NCBI RefSeq assembly: GCF_036402295.1
Contig: NZ_DASWTE010000056.1
Coordinates: 3,513 to 67,512, forward strand
Source: Phenylobacterium sp.
Lineage (GTDB): Bacteria > Pseudomonadota > Alphaproteobacteria > Caulobacterales > Caulobacteraceae
Reading direction: 5' to 3'
Length of the DNA: 64,000 bases
Shown here: piece by piece, positions 1 to 9,324 of the stretch
How positions within the stretch are numbered: the first letter of the stretch is position 1
How the letters are laid out: every line of letters begins with the position of its first letter
Translations under genes and position numbers: made by a program
Notes under the pieces: generated by a model
Database searches by the model: none
What the model was told of the DNA's origin: nothing
The model's input: only the letters and a program-made list of their open reading frames with translations

Positions 1-366
1 GGCCGCGGCCTTCTGGGCGATCATCGCCTGCTCGAGGCGGGCCTTGTCGTCGACGGCGGACACCGCCGCCTCCAGCGCCTGGGCGTTGGCCTCGGCCTGC
101 GCCAGGCGGGCCTTGAGCGTCGCGGGATCGATGCGGACCAGCACCTGGCCCGGCCGGACGGCCTGGTTGTCGTCCACCAGCACCTCGGCCACGTAGCCGT
201 CCACCAGGGGGGCGATGGTCACCTTGTCGGCGGCGACGAAGGCGTTGTCGGTCTTCTCGTACTTCTGCTTGTCGATCCACCACAGCCCGCCGCCCACGGC
301 GACGGCCACGGCGGCGACGCCGCCCGCGAGGATGGGAACCAGTCGGCCCTTCTTGATGCCGGCCAT
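1..366 (-). CDS. HlyD/EmrA family efflux membrane-fusion protein (5' part, runs off the window)
   Basis: Manual translation from ATG at 366: MAGIKKGRLVPILAGGVAAVAVAVGGGLWWIDKQKYEKTDNAFV...IAPLVDGYVAEVLVDDNQAVRPGQVLVRID; N-terminal TM, TDNA motif, lipoyl-like domain. Confidence 0.9.
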   Translation of the reverse strand, partial: MAGIKKGRLVPILAGGVAAVAVAVGGGLWWIDKQKYEKTDNAFVAADKVTIAPLVDGYVAEVLVDDNQAVRPGQVLVRIDPATLKARLAQAEANAQALEAAVSAVDDKARLEQAMIAQKAAA

Positions 367-392
367 GGAGACTCCGCTCCGGACACGAAAAA

Positions 393-468
393 TGGACGCT
401 GGCGTCCAGCCTACCGAAATATGTCCGCGCCGGGTTAGCCGCAAGTGAAGATTGGACGCCACCGTCCA
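393..468. promoter_or_regulatory. Two copies of palindrome TGGACG-N4-CGTCCA, probable TetR-type operators
   Basis: TGGACGctggCGTCCA at 393-408 and TGGACGccacCGTCCA at 453-468, between the divergent efflux and hydroxylase genes. Confidence 0.65.
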
Positions 469-517
469 GTTTTTGCCGCGGCTGGACGTCGCGGCGGGTT
501 CGTGGCCTATCCGCGGC

Positions 518-1777
518 ATGAGCCCCAATGGCCAGCACGACGCCGACGTCATCATCGCGGGAGCCGGAGTGGCGGGCGCCACCCTGGCGCTGTCGCTGGC
601 CCGGGCTGGCCTGACGCCCGTGCTGATCGACCCCTTGCCGTTCGACGCCCAGCTGGCGCCCACCTTCGACGGCCGGGCCTGGGCGATCGCTTATGCCGCC
701 TACCGCCAGTGGAAAGCGCTGGGGCTGGCCGAGGCGCTGGATCCGCAAGCCCAGCGGATCGAGCAGATCCTGGTCACCGACGACACCACACCTGGCGCGG
801 CGGCCGGCGGGCCCACGCCGTTCTTCCTGCGCTTCGATTCCGAGGAGATCGCCGACCGGTCCGAGGGCGAGCCGCTGGGCTACCTGCTGGAGAACCGCCA
901 CGTGCGCGCGGCGCTGGCGGCGGCCATCCAGGAGGCGGGCATCCAGGTGCTGGCGCCGGCGCGCGTGGCCAAGGCGGCGTTCGGTCCGCGCGCGGCCGAA
1001 GTCACCCTCGACGACGGGCGGATCCTGCGCGCGCCGCTCGCGGTCGGGGCCGAGGGTCGCGGCTCGGTGATTCGCCATGCGGCGGGCATCGGGGCCATCG
1101 GCTGGGACTATCCGCAGACCGGCGTCGTGGCGACCGTGCGGCTGGACCGGCCGCACGCCGGCGTCGCCTACGAGTTCTTCCTGCCCGGCGGCCCGTTCGC
1201 CATCCTGCCGCTCACCGACAACCGCGCGAGCCTGGTCTGGACGGAGAGCCCCGCGCGCGGCGCGGCGCTGAAGACGGCGCGGCCGCAGGTCTTCCAGGCG
1301 CACCTGGAGCGCCGCTTCGGCGACTTCCTGGGCGAGATCAAGGTCGAGGGGCCGGTGTTCACCTATCCGCTCAGCCTGCAGCTCGCCGAGCGCTTCGTCG
1401 CCCCCCGGGCGGCCCTGCTGGGCGACGCGGCGCATGGCGTCCACCCGATCGCCGGCCAGGGGCTGAACCTGGGCCTGAAGGGCGCGGCGGCCCTGGCCGA
1501 GGTGCTGGTCGATGCGGCCCGGCTTGGCGAGGACATCGGCTCGGAGGTGGTGCTGGAGCGCTACGCCGCCTGGCGCCGCTTCGACACGGTGACGCTGTCG
1601 GCCGGCATGGACCTCTTCGTGCGGCTGTTCTCGAACAACAACCCGCTGCTCCGGGCGGTGCGTGGCGTCGGCATGGCGGCGGTCAACCGCGTCGGCCCGG
1701 CCCGGCGCTTCTTCATGCACGAGGCCGGCGGCGCGGTGGGGGATTTGCCGAGGCTGTTGAAGGGCGAGGCGCTGTAG
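518..1777 (+). CDS. UbiH/UbiF/VisC/COQ6 family FAD-dependent ubiquinone hydroxylase
   Basis: GAGVAG FAD motif, LLGDAAHGVHPIAGQGLNLG motif; likely start ATG 518 within ORF 452..1777. Confidence 0.92.
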   Translation: MSPNGQHDADVIIAGAGVAGATLALSLARAGLTPVLIDPLPFDAQLAPTFDGRAWAIAYAAYRQWKALGLAEALDPQAQRIEQILVTDDTTPGAAAGGPTPFFLRFDSEEIADRSEGEPLGYLLENRHVRAALAAAIQEAGIQVLAPARVAKAAFGPRAAEVTLDDGRILRAPLAVGAEGRGSVIRHAAGIGAIGWDYPQTGVVATVRLDRPHAGVAYEFFLPGGPFAILPLTDNRASLVWTESPARGAALKTARPQVFQAHLERRFGDFLGEIKVEGPVFTYPLSLQLAERFVAPRAALLGDAAHGVHPIAGQGLNLGLKGAAALAEVLVDAARLGEDIGSEVVLERYAAWRRFDTVTLSAGMDLFVRLFSNNNPLLRAVRGVGMAAVNRVGPARRFFMHEAGGAVGDLPRLLKGEAL

Positions 1778-1915
1778 TCCCTCCCTTCATAGGGAGGGAA
1801 GGCTCGCCGGAGGCGAGCAGGGTGGGGATGCGTGGGCCAGACGCAGGCGTGGGTGACGATCGAGACTTCCCACCCTGACCGCTTCGCGGTCTGTCCCTCC
1901 CCATTAAGGGAGGGA
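1778..1915. repeat. Multi-hairpin intergenic palindromic element (TCCCTCCC...GGGAGGGA family)
   Basis: Terminal hairpins TCCCTCCCT-tcat-AGGGAGGGA and TCCCTCCC-cattaa-GGGAGGGA, internal stem CAGGGTGGG/CCCACCCTG and two small hairpins; between convergent genes. Confidence 0.8.
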
Positions 1916-1917
1916 GG

Positions 1918-2136
1918 TCACTCCCCTTCCCCCAGCTCCCGGGCCTCCTCCGGCAGCATGATCGGCACGCCGTCGCGGATGGGATAGGCCAGCCGGGCGC
2001 CCTTGCTGACGAGCTCGCCCTTGTCGCGGTCGTAGGTCAGCGGCCCGTGGGTCACCGGGCAGACGAGGATCTCGAGCAGGCGGGGATCGACATCGCCCAA
2101 GACGGACGGGCCCAGCGGAGGTGCGGCTTCGCTCAT
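1918..2136 (-). CDS. Trm112 family protein (YcaR/UPF0434)
   Basis: [14 protein letters not shown]...[12 protein letters not shown] motif. Confidence 0.92.
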   Translation of the reverse strand: MSEAAPPLGPSVLGDVDPRLLEILVCPVTHGPLTYDRDKGELVSKGARLAYPIRDGVPIMLPEEARELGEGE

Positions 2137-2145
2137 GGCGTCCCT

Positions 2146-2802
2146 CTACTGCAGCGAATGGTGCTCGTCATCCGGATCGGAGGCGTCGATCTCGAGCAGG
2201 GTGGTCAGCACCTCGAAGCGGCCGGCCAGGTCGGGGGCCTCCAGGAACGCCTGCTTCTCCGCCGGCTCGAAGGGCAGGCCCATGCAGAGGCTGTTGACCA
2301 GCGCCTCCAGCGGGGCGTCGTTGGCCGTCTCCCAGTCGATGTCGAGCTCGCGGCGGTTGAGATAGCGCTTCAGGGCGGTGGCGAAGCGGGCGCGGGCCGC
2401 CTCACCGGCTTCGGCGTCCTCGTCGCGGCCCAGGTCGCCGCTGAACCGGTCGTACTTGGCCCGCACCTGGCGGTAGGGCATGCGCAGGTCCAGCTCCTCG
2501 CCGGTCTCGAACCGGCAGAGGCCGGTGAGCGTGATCAGGTAGCGCCCGTCCGAGGTCTCGGCGTAGCTGGTGATCCGGCCCAGGCAGCCCACCTCGGCCA
2601 GCTTCGGCCGCGCGCGGCTGCCGCCGCGGGTCTGGACCATGCCGATCACCCGGTCGCCGGCCATCGCGTCGTCCACCATGTTGAGGTAGCGCGGCTCGAA
2701 GATCTGCAGCGGGAGCTCGCCGCCGGGCAGCAAAAGCGCGCCGTCCAGCGGGAACACCGGGATCAGTTGCGGCAGTTCGGCGAGGGTCTTGTAGGGCGCC
2801 AT
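2146..2802 (-). CDS. LON peptidase substrate-binding domain protein
   Basis: IPVFPL...LPLQIFEPRYLNMV motif; typical neighbour of ybbN. Confidence 0.92.
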   Translation of the reverse strand: MAPYKTLAELPQLIPVFPLDGALLLPGGELPLQIFEPRYLNMVDDAMAGDRVIGMVQTRGGSRARPKLAEVGCLGRITSYAETSDGRYLITLTGLCRFETGEELDLRMPYRQVRAKYDRFSGDLGRDEDAEAGEAARARFATALKRYLNRRELDIDWETANDAPLEALVNSLCMGLPFEPAEKQAFLEAPDLAGRFEVLTTLLEIDASDPDDEHHSLQ

Positions 2803-2820
2803 GCGGGCCCTTTCTAACGG

Positions 2821-3738
2821 CTAACTGAACAGAATCGACGACAGCTTGCGGCGTCCCTGCTTGGCGACGTCCGACATCGGACCGGCCGCCTCGAAGACCG
2901 TCAGCAGCTGCTTGCGCGCGGCCTGGTCGTTCCACTCGCGGTCGCGGCCGATGCTCTCGATGAGCTCGTCGACCGCCTCCATCATCTTGCCCGAGGCGGC
3001 CAGCGCCTTGGCGAGCTCCAGCCGCGCCTCATGGTCGTCGGGATCGGCGGCCAGGCGCTTCTCGAACTCGGCGGTCTCGGAGGGCGCCTCGGCGGCCAGG
3101 GCCAGGGCGGCGCGCACGGCGTCGATGTCGGGGTCCTTGGCGTCGGGCGGGGCCATCTCCAGCACCTCGGCCGCCCGCTCCAGGTCTCCTGCCTGCTGGT
3201 AGAGCCGCGCCATGCCGCCGATGGCCTTGGCGTTGCCCGGGTCCATCTGCAGCGCCTGGGCGTAGGCCTGCGCCGCGCCGCCCTGGTCGCCGAGGCCCAG
3301 CGATTCCTTGGCCATCTCGAGCAGCTCGTCAACGGGCGAGACGCCGGCGCCGGTCTTGGCCAGGCGGTCGACGAACTGCTTCACCTGGCTGTCGGGCAGC
3401 GCGCCCATGAAGCCGTCGACCGGCCGGCCGTCCACGAAGGCGAACACCGCCGGGATCGACTGCACCCGCAGCTGGCCCGCGTAGGCGGGGTTGCGGTCGA
3501 TATCGATCTTCACCAGCTTCACCGCGCCCTTGGCGGCGGTCACCGCCTTCTCGAGCGCCGGCCCCAGCTGGCGGCAGGGGCCGCACCAGGTGGCCCAGAA
3601 GTCCACGATCACCGGAACCGTCTTCGACGCCTCGACGACGTCGGCCATGAACGACGCGTCGGTCGCATCCTTGATGAGGTCGGCCGGAACGGCGCCGCTG
3701 GCGGCCGGTTGGCCGTGGGTATCCCCGATGAGGGTCAT
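2821..3738 (-). CDS. ybbN: Thioredoxin-TPR co-chaperone (CnoX/YbbN)
   Basis: WCGPC thioredoxin motif plus TPR-like C-terminus ending GRRKLSSILFS; start ATG 3738. Confidence 0.92.
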   Translation of the reverse strand: MTLIGDTHGQPAASGAVPADLIKDATDASFMADVVEASKTVPVIVDFWATWCGPCRQLGPALEKAVTAAKGAVKLVKIDIDRNPAYAGQLRVQSIPAVFAFVDGRPVDGFMGALPDSQVKQFVDRLAKTGAGVSPVDELLEMAKESLGLGDQGGAAQAYAQALQMDPGNAKAIGGMARLYQQAGDLERAAEVLEMAPPDAKDPDIDAVRAALALAAEAPSETAEFEKRLAADPDDHEARLELAKALAASGKMMEAVDELIESIGRDREWNDQAARKQLLTVFEAAGPMSDVAKQGRRKLSSILFS

Positions 3739-3823
3739 GCCCGAAAGATCCTTGTCGAAAGTCGTTGAACGTCTTGCGCCCAAGATGGTCGCAACTGTGG
3801 CCGGCTTCAACGCGTGATGCGGT

Positions 3824-4330
3824 TCAAGCCACCACGGCCATGGCGGCGAAGTCCACCACCAGCGGCTCGATGCCCAGCGCGGCCAGGAAGGCGCGGAAGC
3901 CGTCGCGGGTCACGGTGGTGGTGGCGGTGTTGGTGAGCGGGTGGAAGTTCACGAGGTCGGCCTCGGCCAAGGTGCGGTCCAGCACGAAGCGCACGCGGCG
4001 GCTCGTGTCGTTGACCAGGCCGAACGCCGTGACCGAGCCGGGCGCCACGCCCAGGGTCTCGGCCATCAGCTCGGCATTGCCGAACGACAGGCGCGCCGAG
4101 CCGATCACCAGGTGCAGCCGCTTCAGGTCGATCTGCGCGTGCCCCTCGGCCGAGACCAGCCAGAGCTGGCCCTTGGCGTCCTTGAGGAACAGGTTCTTGG
4201 TGTGGGCGCCCGGGATGTCCTCCTTGATCGCCCCGCTCTCGCCCACCGTGAACACGGCGGGGTGGTCGTAGGTGGTCTGGGAGACGCCGTGGGCGGCCAG
4301 GAACGCGAGGAGATCGTCTTTCGTCTTCAT
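3824..4330 (-). CDS. Prolyl-tRNA editing protein, YbaK/ProX (PrdX) family
   Basis: [29 protein letters not shown] motifs; start ATG 4330. Confidence 0.9.
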   Translation of the reverse strand: MKTKDDLLAFLAAHGVSQTTYDHPAVFTVGESGAIKEDIPGAHTKNLFLKDAKGQLWLVSAEGHAQIDLKRLHLVIGSARLSFGNAELMAETLGVAPGSVTAFGLVNDTSRRVRFVLDRTLAEADLVNFHPLTNTATTTVTRDGFRAFLAALGIEPLVVDFAAMAVVA

Positions 4331-4409
4331 CGCCGCCCTGATAGCCGAACTGGACGCGAAGGCGAGGGGGGCATTATGGGTCGCGGGCCGAGCTGCCGCC
4401 GAGGTTTCC

Positions 4410-5165
4410 ATGGAACTTGAGTGCTATCCCACCGTCAGCCGCGACGTGACGCCGCCCGAGATCGTGCCGGGCCGGCCGCAACGCGCGTGGATGGACAAGT
4501 TCCTGGCGCGCCACCCCTACCGCTGCCTGCCGCTGACCATGGCGAACACGAGCGGCTGGGAGATCCTCTGCCCCGTCGCGTTCACGGCCGAGTGGAACGG
4601 CGGGCTGATGCAGGAGGACATCAAACTCACGCCCGACCGGCCGCACCCGCATTTCCACCACTACGTCTCGAGCCACTTCAGCCACGGCGTGGTGACCTTC
4701 CACGCGGGCTATCTGTTCCGCACGCCGCCCGGCTGGTCGATGATGGCGATGGGCGCGCCCAACCACGTGAAGGACGGCATCCAGCCGCTGGCCGGTGTGG
4801 TCGAGACCGACTGGCTGCCCTTCCCGTTCACGATGAACTGGCTTTTCACGCGGCCGGGCAAGGTGCGGTTCGAGAAGGGTGAGCCCTTCTGCTTCATCAC
4901 GCTCATCCAGGACCACACGCTGCATGAGATCCAGCCGGTGATCCGGCAGCTCGATTCCAACCCCGAGCTGCGACACCAGTACGACGTCTGGGAAAAGCAC
5001 CGCTCGGAGTTCAACAAGAAGATCTTCCGCGGCGACCCGGAGGCCACGAAGGAGGCCTGGCAGCGCTACTACTTCAAGGGCGAGTACCCCGAGGAAGTCG
5101 CCGCCCCCGCGCCTGAGGGCCACGTCAACAAGCGCCGCCTGAAGACCCCGCGCATCGGCCGCTGA
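4410..5165 (+). CDS. Conserved protein, DUF6065-like
   Basis: [37 protein letters not shown] motifs recalled for this family; start ATG 4410. Confidence 0.75.
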   Translation: MELECYPTVSRDVTPPEIVPGRPQRAWMDKFLARHPYRCLPLTMANTSGWEILCPVAFTAEWNGGLMQEDIKLTPDRPHPHFHHYVSSHFSHGVVTFHAGYLFRTPPGWSMMAMGAPNHVKDGIQPLAGVVETDWLPFPFTMNWLFTRPGKVRFEKGEPFCFITLIQDHTLHEIQPVIRQLDSNPELRHQYDVWEKHRSEFNKKIFRGDPEATKEAWQRYYFKGEYPEEVAAPAPEGHVNKRRLKTPRIGR

Positions 5166-5255
5166 GACTGCGACGGGAGGCCGCTTGCAAACCGGAAAAC
5201 GGTCTGCCATAAGGCCGCCTCTCGCACGGGGGCCCGCCAAAAGCCCCCACGGAGC

Positions 5256-5330
5256 GCGGGCGTAGCTCAGGGGTAGAGCACAACCTTGCCAAGGTTGGGG
5301 TCGGGCGTTCGAATCGCCTCGCCCGCTCCA
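5256..5330 (+). tRNA. tRNA-Gly (anticodon GCC)
   Basis: GCGGGCG acceptor stem, anticodon arm CAACC-TTGCCAA-GGTTG, TTCGAAT T-loop, encoded CCA end. Confidence 0.97.
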
Positions 5331-5391
5331 TTTTCCAGAATTCGGAAGCGTTGGACGGTCCTTCAGGGACCGCTTCCGCGCGCAAGAAGGC

Positions 5392-5460
5392 CAGGTGATC
5401 CAGCGCCGCCGCCATGGTCGAGGAATCGACCGCCGCCGGTCATGCGCTGGCGCGCGAGGA
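5392..5460 (+). pseudogene. Relic of a methyl-accepting chemotaxis protein C-terminal region
   Basis: Reads QVIQ(+1 nt)AAAMVEESTAAGHALARE, similar to the MCP signature QVTQQNAAMVEESTAA; no upstream part of the gene. Confidence 0.6.
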
Positions 5461-5623
5461 TGGCGTGGCCGCTGGCCACCGAGGCGTCGGTGAAGGCGGC
5501 GCATCCCGACGGTCAGCGGCGCTTCTACCGCTTCGCCGGCGGCCCTCGCCCTGCTGCTGATGGGCCGGCTCACCCTAAAGGGCGCAATCCTTGGCGGCGC
5601 TGACGCGCCTCGACGCCGGCCGC

Positions 5624-7087
5624 CTAGCCCAGACCCATCCGTTCCAGCATTGCGTAGAAGACGCTTTCCTGGCGTTGGGTGGTCTGGATGTCGGTCATCA
5701 GGGCCGAGAGGCGGCCCTTGCCGTTGTCTCGGGCGGCGATCACCGACTGGTTGTAGGCGCGGATGTTGGTCGGGCCCTGCACGGCGGGCGTCGCCGCGGG
5801 CGGACCGGCCTTGGCCGGCGGACCCTTGCCGCGTCCCCCCTTGCCGGGCGGGGTGGCGGCCGCAGGCGGCCCTGCCCCAGCAGCGCCGAGGTCGGCGGCG
5901 CGGACATAGCCGGGCGTACCGGCCACGTCGATCTCGTACCAGCCGCCGTCGGGGCCCGACTTGGGCGACAGGGCGCGCCCCGCCGGCAGGTTCATCACCG
6001 AGTCCGAGGAGGCCACCGGCGCCGAGCGCACGACCGTGGCGCGCAGGGTGACGAGGCCCTGCGGCGGCGGCGCGGCGGCGGGCCCGGTGTTACTGACCTG
6101 CTGAACCTGCGCCTGCTGGCCGCTGCCCTTGGGCATCGCCAGCTTGGTGACCGAGGCGGACGTCGCGTAGGCCGGCGCCTGGCCGCCCAGCACGTCGGCT
6201 TCGGACGCCCCATCGGTCATGGCGCGGCCCTGGGTGAAGGTCTTGGCCATGCCGGTGTGCTGGTCGACGACGCCGCCGGTGACGTCGATGTCCTTCTTCA
6301 GCGCGCCCAGCAGGTCGGTGCGCTCGCGGCGGATCGCCTTGCGGTCCTTGTCGGTCGAGGCGCTGGCCAGGCGGGTGTTGATGTCGCCGAGCTGGGCGGC
6401 GCGGCATTCCACCAGCGCCTGGCCGCTATCGGCGATCTGCCGGCTGACCGACAGCTGACGGCCGGCGTCCTGGTCGATGTTGAACGAGGCGCGCCGCAGG
6501 TCGCCGCCGGCTTCCTGCTCCTTCAGCTTCGCATAGGCGTCGGCCGTCGCCACGATGGCCACCAGCACGGCCAGGGCCGCATAGGCCTTCATGTTGTCGC
6601 CGCCGCCCGAGAAGCCGATGCCGCTGACGCCCGGCACGTTCAGGCCCATGGCGCCGCTCAGCATGTCCTGGCCGAACATCAGGCCCGCCGGGCTCGCACC
6701 CGCCGGGGCGCCGCCCTGGGCCGCCTGCTGTTGGGCCGCGTTCTGCATGGCCATGTTGGCGACGCCGCCGATCAGGCCGCTGGCGCCGCCGAACCCGCCG
6801 CCGAAGCCGCCGCCACGGCCGCCGAGCCCGCCGCTCATCGCGCCCTTGGCCAGCACCATGGCGCCGGTCTTCAGGCCCTCGCCGATGGCGGCGCTCATCT
6901 TCGACTTCTTGAGGTCGTCGTATTCCTTGTCGAGCTTCACCAGCGGCGCGCGCTGGGCCTCGCAGGCGTTGAGGATGGCGTCCTTGCCGCCCTTCTGCGC
7001 CCAGGCGGGCTGAACGTTCAGGCTGAGCAGGGCGATCGCACTGACGGTCACCCGGAAGCGTCGCGAATTGAACATCGTAACCCCCAT
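5624..7087 (-). CDS. Secreted Gly/Ala-rich protein with coiled-coil region and bacterial SH3-like domain
   Basis: Signal peptide (...QPAWA/Q), Gly-rich segments, hydrophobic helix AYAALAVLVAIVA, SH3b-like VVRSAP...GWYEIDVAGTPGYV; alternative start 7075. Confidence 0.8.
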   Translation of the reverse strand: MGVTMFNSRRFRVTVSAIALLSLNVQPAWAQKGGKDAILNACEAQRAPLVKLDKEYDDLKKSKMSAAIGEGLKTGAMVLAKGAMSGGLGGRGGGFGGGFGGASGLIGGVANMAMQNAAQQQAAQGGAPAGASPAGLMFGQDMLSGAMGLNVPGVSGIGFSGGGDNMKAYAALAVLVAIVATADAYAKLKEQEAGGDLRRASFNIDQDAGRQLSVSRQIADSGQALVECRAAQLGDINTRLASASTDKDRKAIRRERTDLLGALKKDIDVTGGVVDQHTGMAKTFTQGRAMTDGASEADVLGGQAPAYATSASVTKLAMPKGSGQQAQVQQVSNTGPAAAPPPQGLVTLRATVVRSAPVASSDSVMNLPAGRALSPKSGPDGGWYEIDVAGTPGYVRAADLGAAGAGPPAAATPPGKGGRGKGPPAKAGPPAATPAVQGPTNIRAYNQSVIAARDNGKGRLSALMTDIQTTQRQESVFYAMLERMGLG

Positions 7088-7099
7088 CCCATCCTATCC

Positions 7100-9130
7100 T
7101 TACCGCACGCCGAGCCTCTCGAGCTCGCCGCGCGATGCGTCGTCGCCGCCCTCGGCGGCCTTGCGGTACCAGTCGATCGCTTTCCGGCGGTCGGCGCGCA
7201 CGCCCTGGCCGGTCTCGTACATGATGGCCAGGTTGCGCATGGCGAGCACGCTCCCGCGGTCGGCGGCGGCCTGGAACAGGCGCACCGCCTCGGCCGGATT
7301 GGCGCGCACGCCGGCGCCGCGCGCCGTCATGCTGCCCAGGCCGAGATAGCCGCGCGCGTCGCCGGCGTTGGCGGCCGCCCGGTAGTATTCCGCGGCGCGG
7401 GCGTAGTCCTGCGGCAGGCCGGCGCCGGTCTCCAGCATCACGGCCAGGCTGGACATGCCCTCGCTGTTCCCGAGCTCGGCGGCGCGCTGGTACCAGGTCG
7501 CAGCCTGGACCTCGTCCTTGGCCACCGCCTCGCCGTCCTCGTAGGCGTAGCCCAGGCGCACCATGGCGTCGGTGTCGCCCGCCGTGGCGGCGCGCTGGTA
7601 GAGGCCGAACGCGCGGCGCGCATCGCGCGGCACGCCCCGGCCCTGTTCGTAGAGGTCGGCCAGCTGGGCGATCGACGGGCCGTCGCCGGCGTCCACCGCC
7701 TTCTGCAGCCAGCCGGCCGCCTGACGCGGATCGGTCGGCGCGCCGCGGCCGCGCAGGTAGGCTTCGGCCAGCATGCCCATGGCCGAGGCCGAGCCTTTGT
7801 TGGCCGCCTGCTGCAGCCACCTGAAGCCGGCCGCCTCGTCCTTCTCGGTCCCGAAGCCATTGAGGCGGCAAAGACCCCAGTTGACCATGCCGCCGGAATG
7901 GCCGGCCTCGGCCGAGGCCTTGAACCAGCGGGCGGCGGCGTTCACGTCCTTGGCCGCGCCCCGGCCGGTCAGCGACATGACGCCCAGGTTGTACATGGCC
8001 GCGCCGTTGCCCTGGTTGGCCGCGGCGGTCCAGTCGCGCAGCGCCGAGCGGTAGTCGCCGCGGGCGAACGCCTCGCGGGCCGCCACCACCAGCTCCTGGC
8101 CGGGGGCCGCCGAGCGCGAAGCCACCTGGAACGAGCCCGCCGGCAGCTTCTCGATCGCCTTGATGCGGTTGAACGCCAGCTTGCGGAACGAGCCGGTGAT
8201 CTCGCCGCGGTCCTGGGCGTCCATGTAGGCCTTGAAGTCGGCCGGGTCGTCGGAGTCCTTGATCGACTGCCAGAAGACCTGGTCCTTCTCCCACTTGATC
8301 TTCGTGAGGTCGGCGGCGGGCGCGGCGGCCTGCCGGGCCGGCCCGTTCGGGTCGAAGCTCCAGTGGACGTTGGGCCAGATGCCTTGAAGGTCGGGCGTCT
8401 GGTCGCCCTCGGTCATCCGCTCGACCTCGGCCTGCACGTAGCTGGGCAGCTCGCCCACGGTGATTCCAGGCCGCGTCATGCCCTGGGTGAGCGCGATGGC
8501 GAACGGGCTGTTGGCCGACCCGGAAACGCCGTCCTGGGCCACCTGGCCGGGGGCCGCGGCCATCAGGGTCACGACGGCGGCGCTGTTGGGACCGGCTTCG
8601 CGCGCCAGCCCGCGGGTGTTGCCGCCCAGACTGCGGGTGGCGGTGGGGTTGTTGCGGCAGGCGTCGAGGATGATCAGCCGCACCGACTTCGCGCCCGCCA
8701 GGGACTGGCCCAGGCTGGCGGATTCAAGCGAGCTGGCGGTCAGGGCGGTCTTGCTTGTGGAGATGGCGTCCTTGGGCAGCAGGTAGTTCACGCCGTCGAT
8801 CATGGCGCCGTGGCCGGCGTAGTAGATCACCGCGGCCTCGGACCCCTTGGCGGCCTGCTCGAACTGGCCCAGGCCTTCGATCAGCTGAATCCGGGTGGGA
8901 TCGGTGAGCACCGTCACTTGGAATCCCAGCTTCTGCAGCGTCGCCTGCACCAGCTTGGCGTCCTTGGCCGGGTTGGTGAGCGCCGGCACTTTCTCGTACT
9001 TCGAGACGCCGACAATCAGGGCGACGCGCTGCGCCGCCCACGCGCCGCCGGCGAGCGACACATTGACCGCGACCGCCACCACGATGGCGGTCCAGCCCCT
9101 GCGAAAACGGCGCGGCCTATCGGCCCGCAT
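7100..9130 (-). CDS. Secreted caspase-family (peptidase C14) protein with C-terminal Sel1-like repeats
   Basis: Signal peptide, RVALIVG, YYAGHG (catalytic His), ILDACR (catalytic Cys), tandem Sel1 repeats (AMYNLGVM...A..W...AA..G). Confidence 0.9.
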   Translation of the reverse strand: MRADRPRRFRRGWTAIVVAVAVNVSLAGGAWAAQRVALIVGVSKYEKVPALTNPAKDAKLVQATLQKLGFQVTVLTDPTRIQLIEGLGQFEQAAKGSEAAVIYYAGHGAMIDGVNYLLPKDAISTSKTALTASSLESASLGQSLAGAKSVRLIILDACRNNPTATRSLGGNTRGLAREAGPNSAAVVTLMAAAPGQVAQDGVSGSANSPFAIALTQGMTRPGITVGELPSYVQAEVERMTEGDQTPDLQGIWPNVHWSFDPNGPARQAAAPAADLTKIKWEKDQVFWQSIKDSDDPADFKAYMDAQDRGEITGSFRKLAFNRIKAIEKLPAGSFQVASRSAAPGQELVVAAREAFARGDYRSALRDWTAAANQGNGAAMYNLGVMSLTGRGAAKDVNAAARWFKASAEAGHSGGMVNWGLCRLNGFGTEKDEAAGFRWLQQAANKGSASAMGMLAEAYLRGRGAPTDPRQAAGWLQKAVDAGDGPSIAQLADLYEQGRGVPRDARRAFGLYQRAATAGDTDAMVRLGYAYEDGEAVAKDEVQAATWYQRAAELGNSEGMSSLAVMLETGAGLPQDYARAAEYYRAAANAGDARGYLGLGSMTARGAGVRANPAEAVRLFQAAADRGSVLAMRNLAIMYETGQGVRADRRKAIDWYRKAAEGGDDASRGELERLGVR

Positions 9131-9324
9131 GAGCACACCCTCCAGCCCAGCGCTCACATCATACTCCAAAAAGCCAAACACAACCGCAGAGGTCGGATCA
9201 AGCCGACCTCGGACACATTGCTATTCGAGATCGGCGACCGCTTGGACGCGCCGCGGCCGAGACTTCACGCAAAAGTGGCCGAGTGCGTCGCCTCGACAGA
9301 AAATTCTCTTGCCTGTTCCACGCA

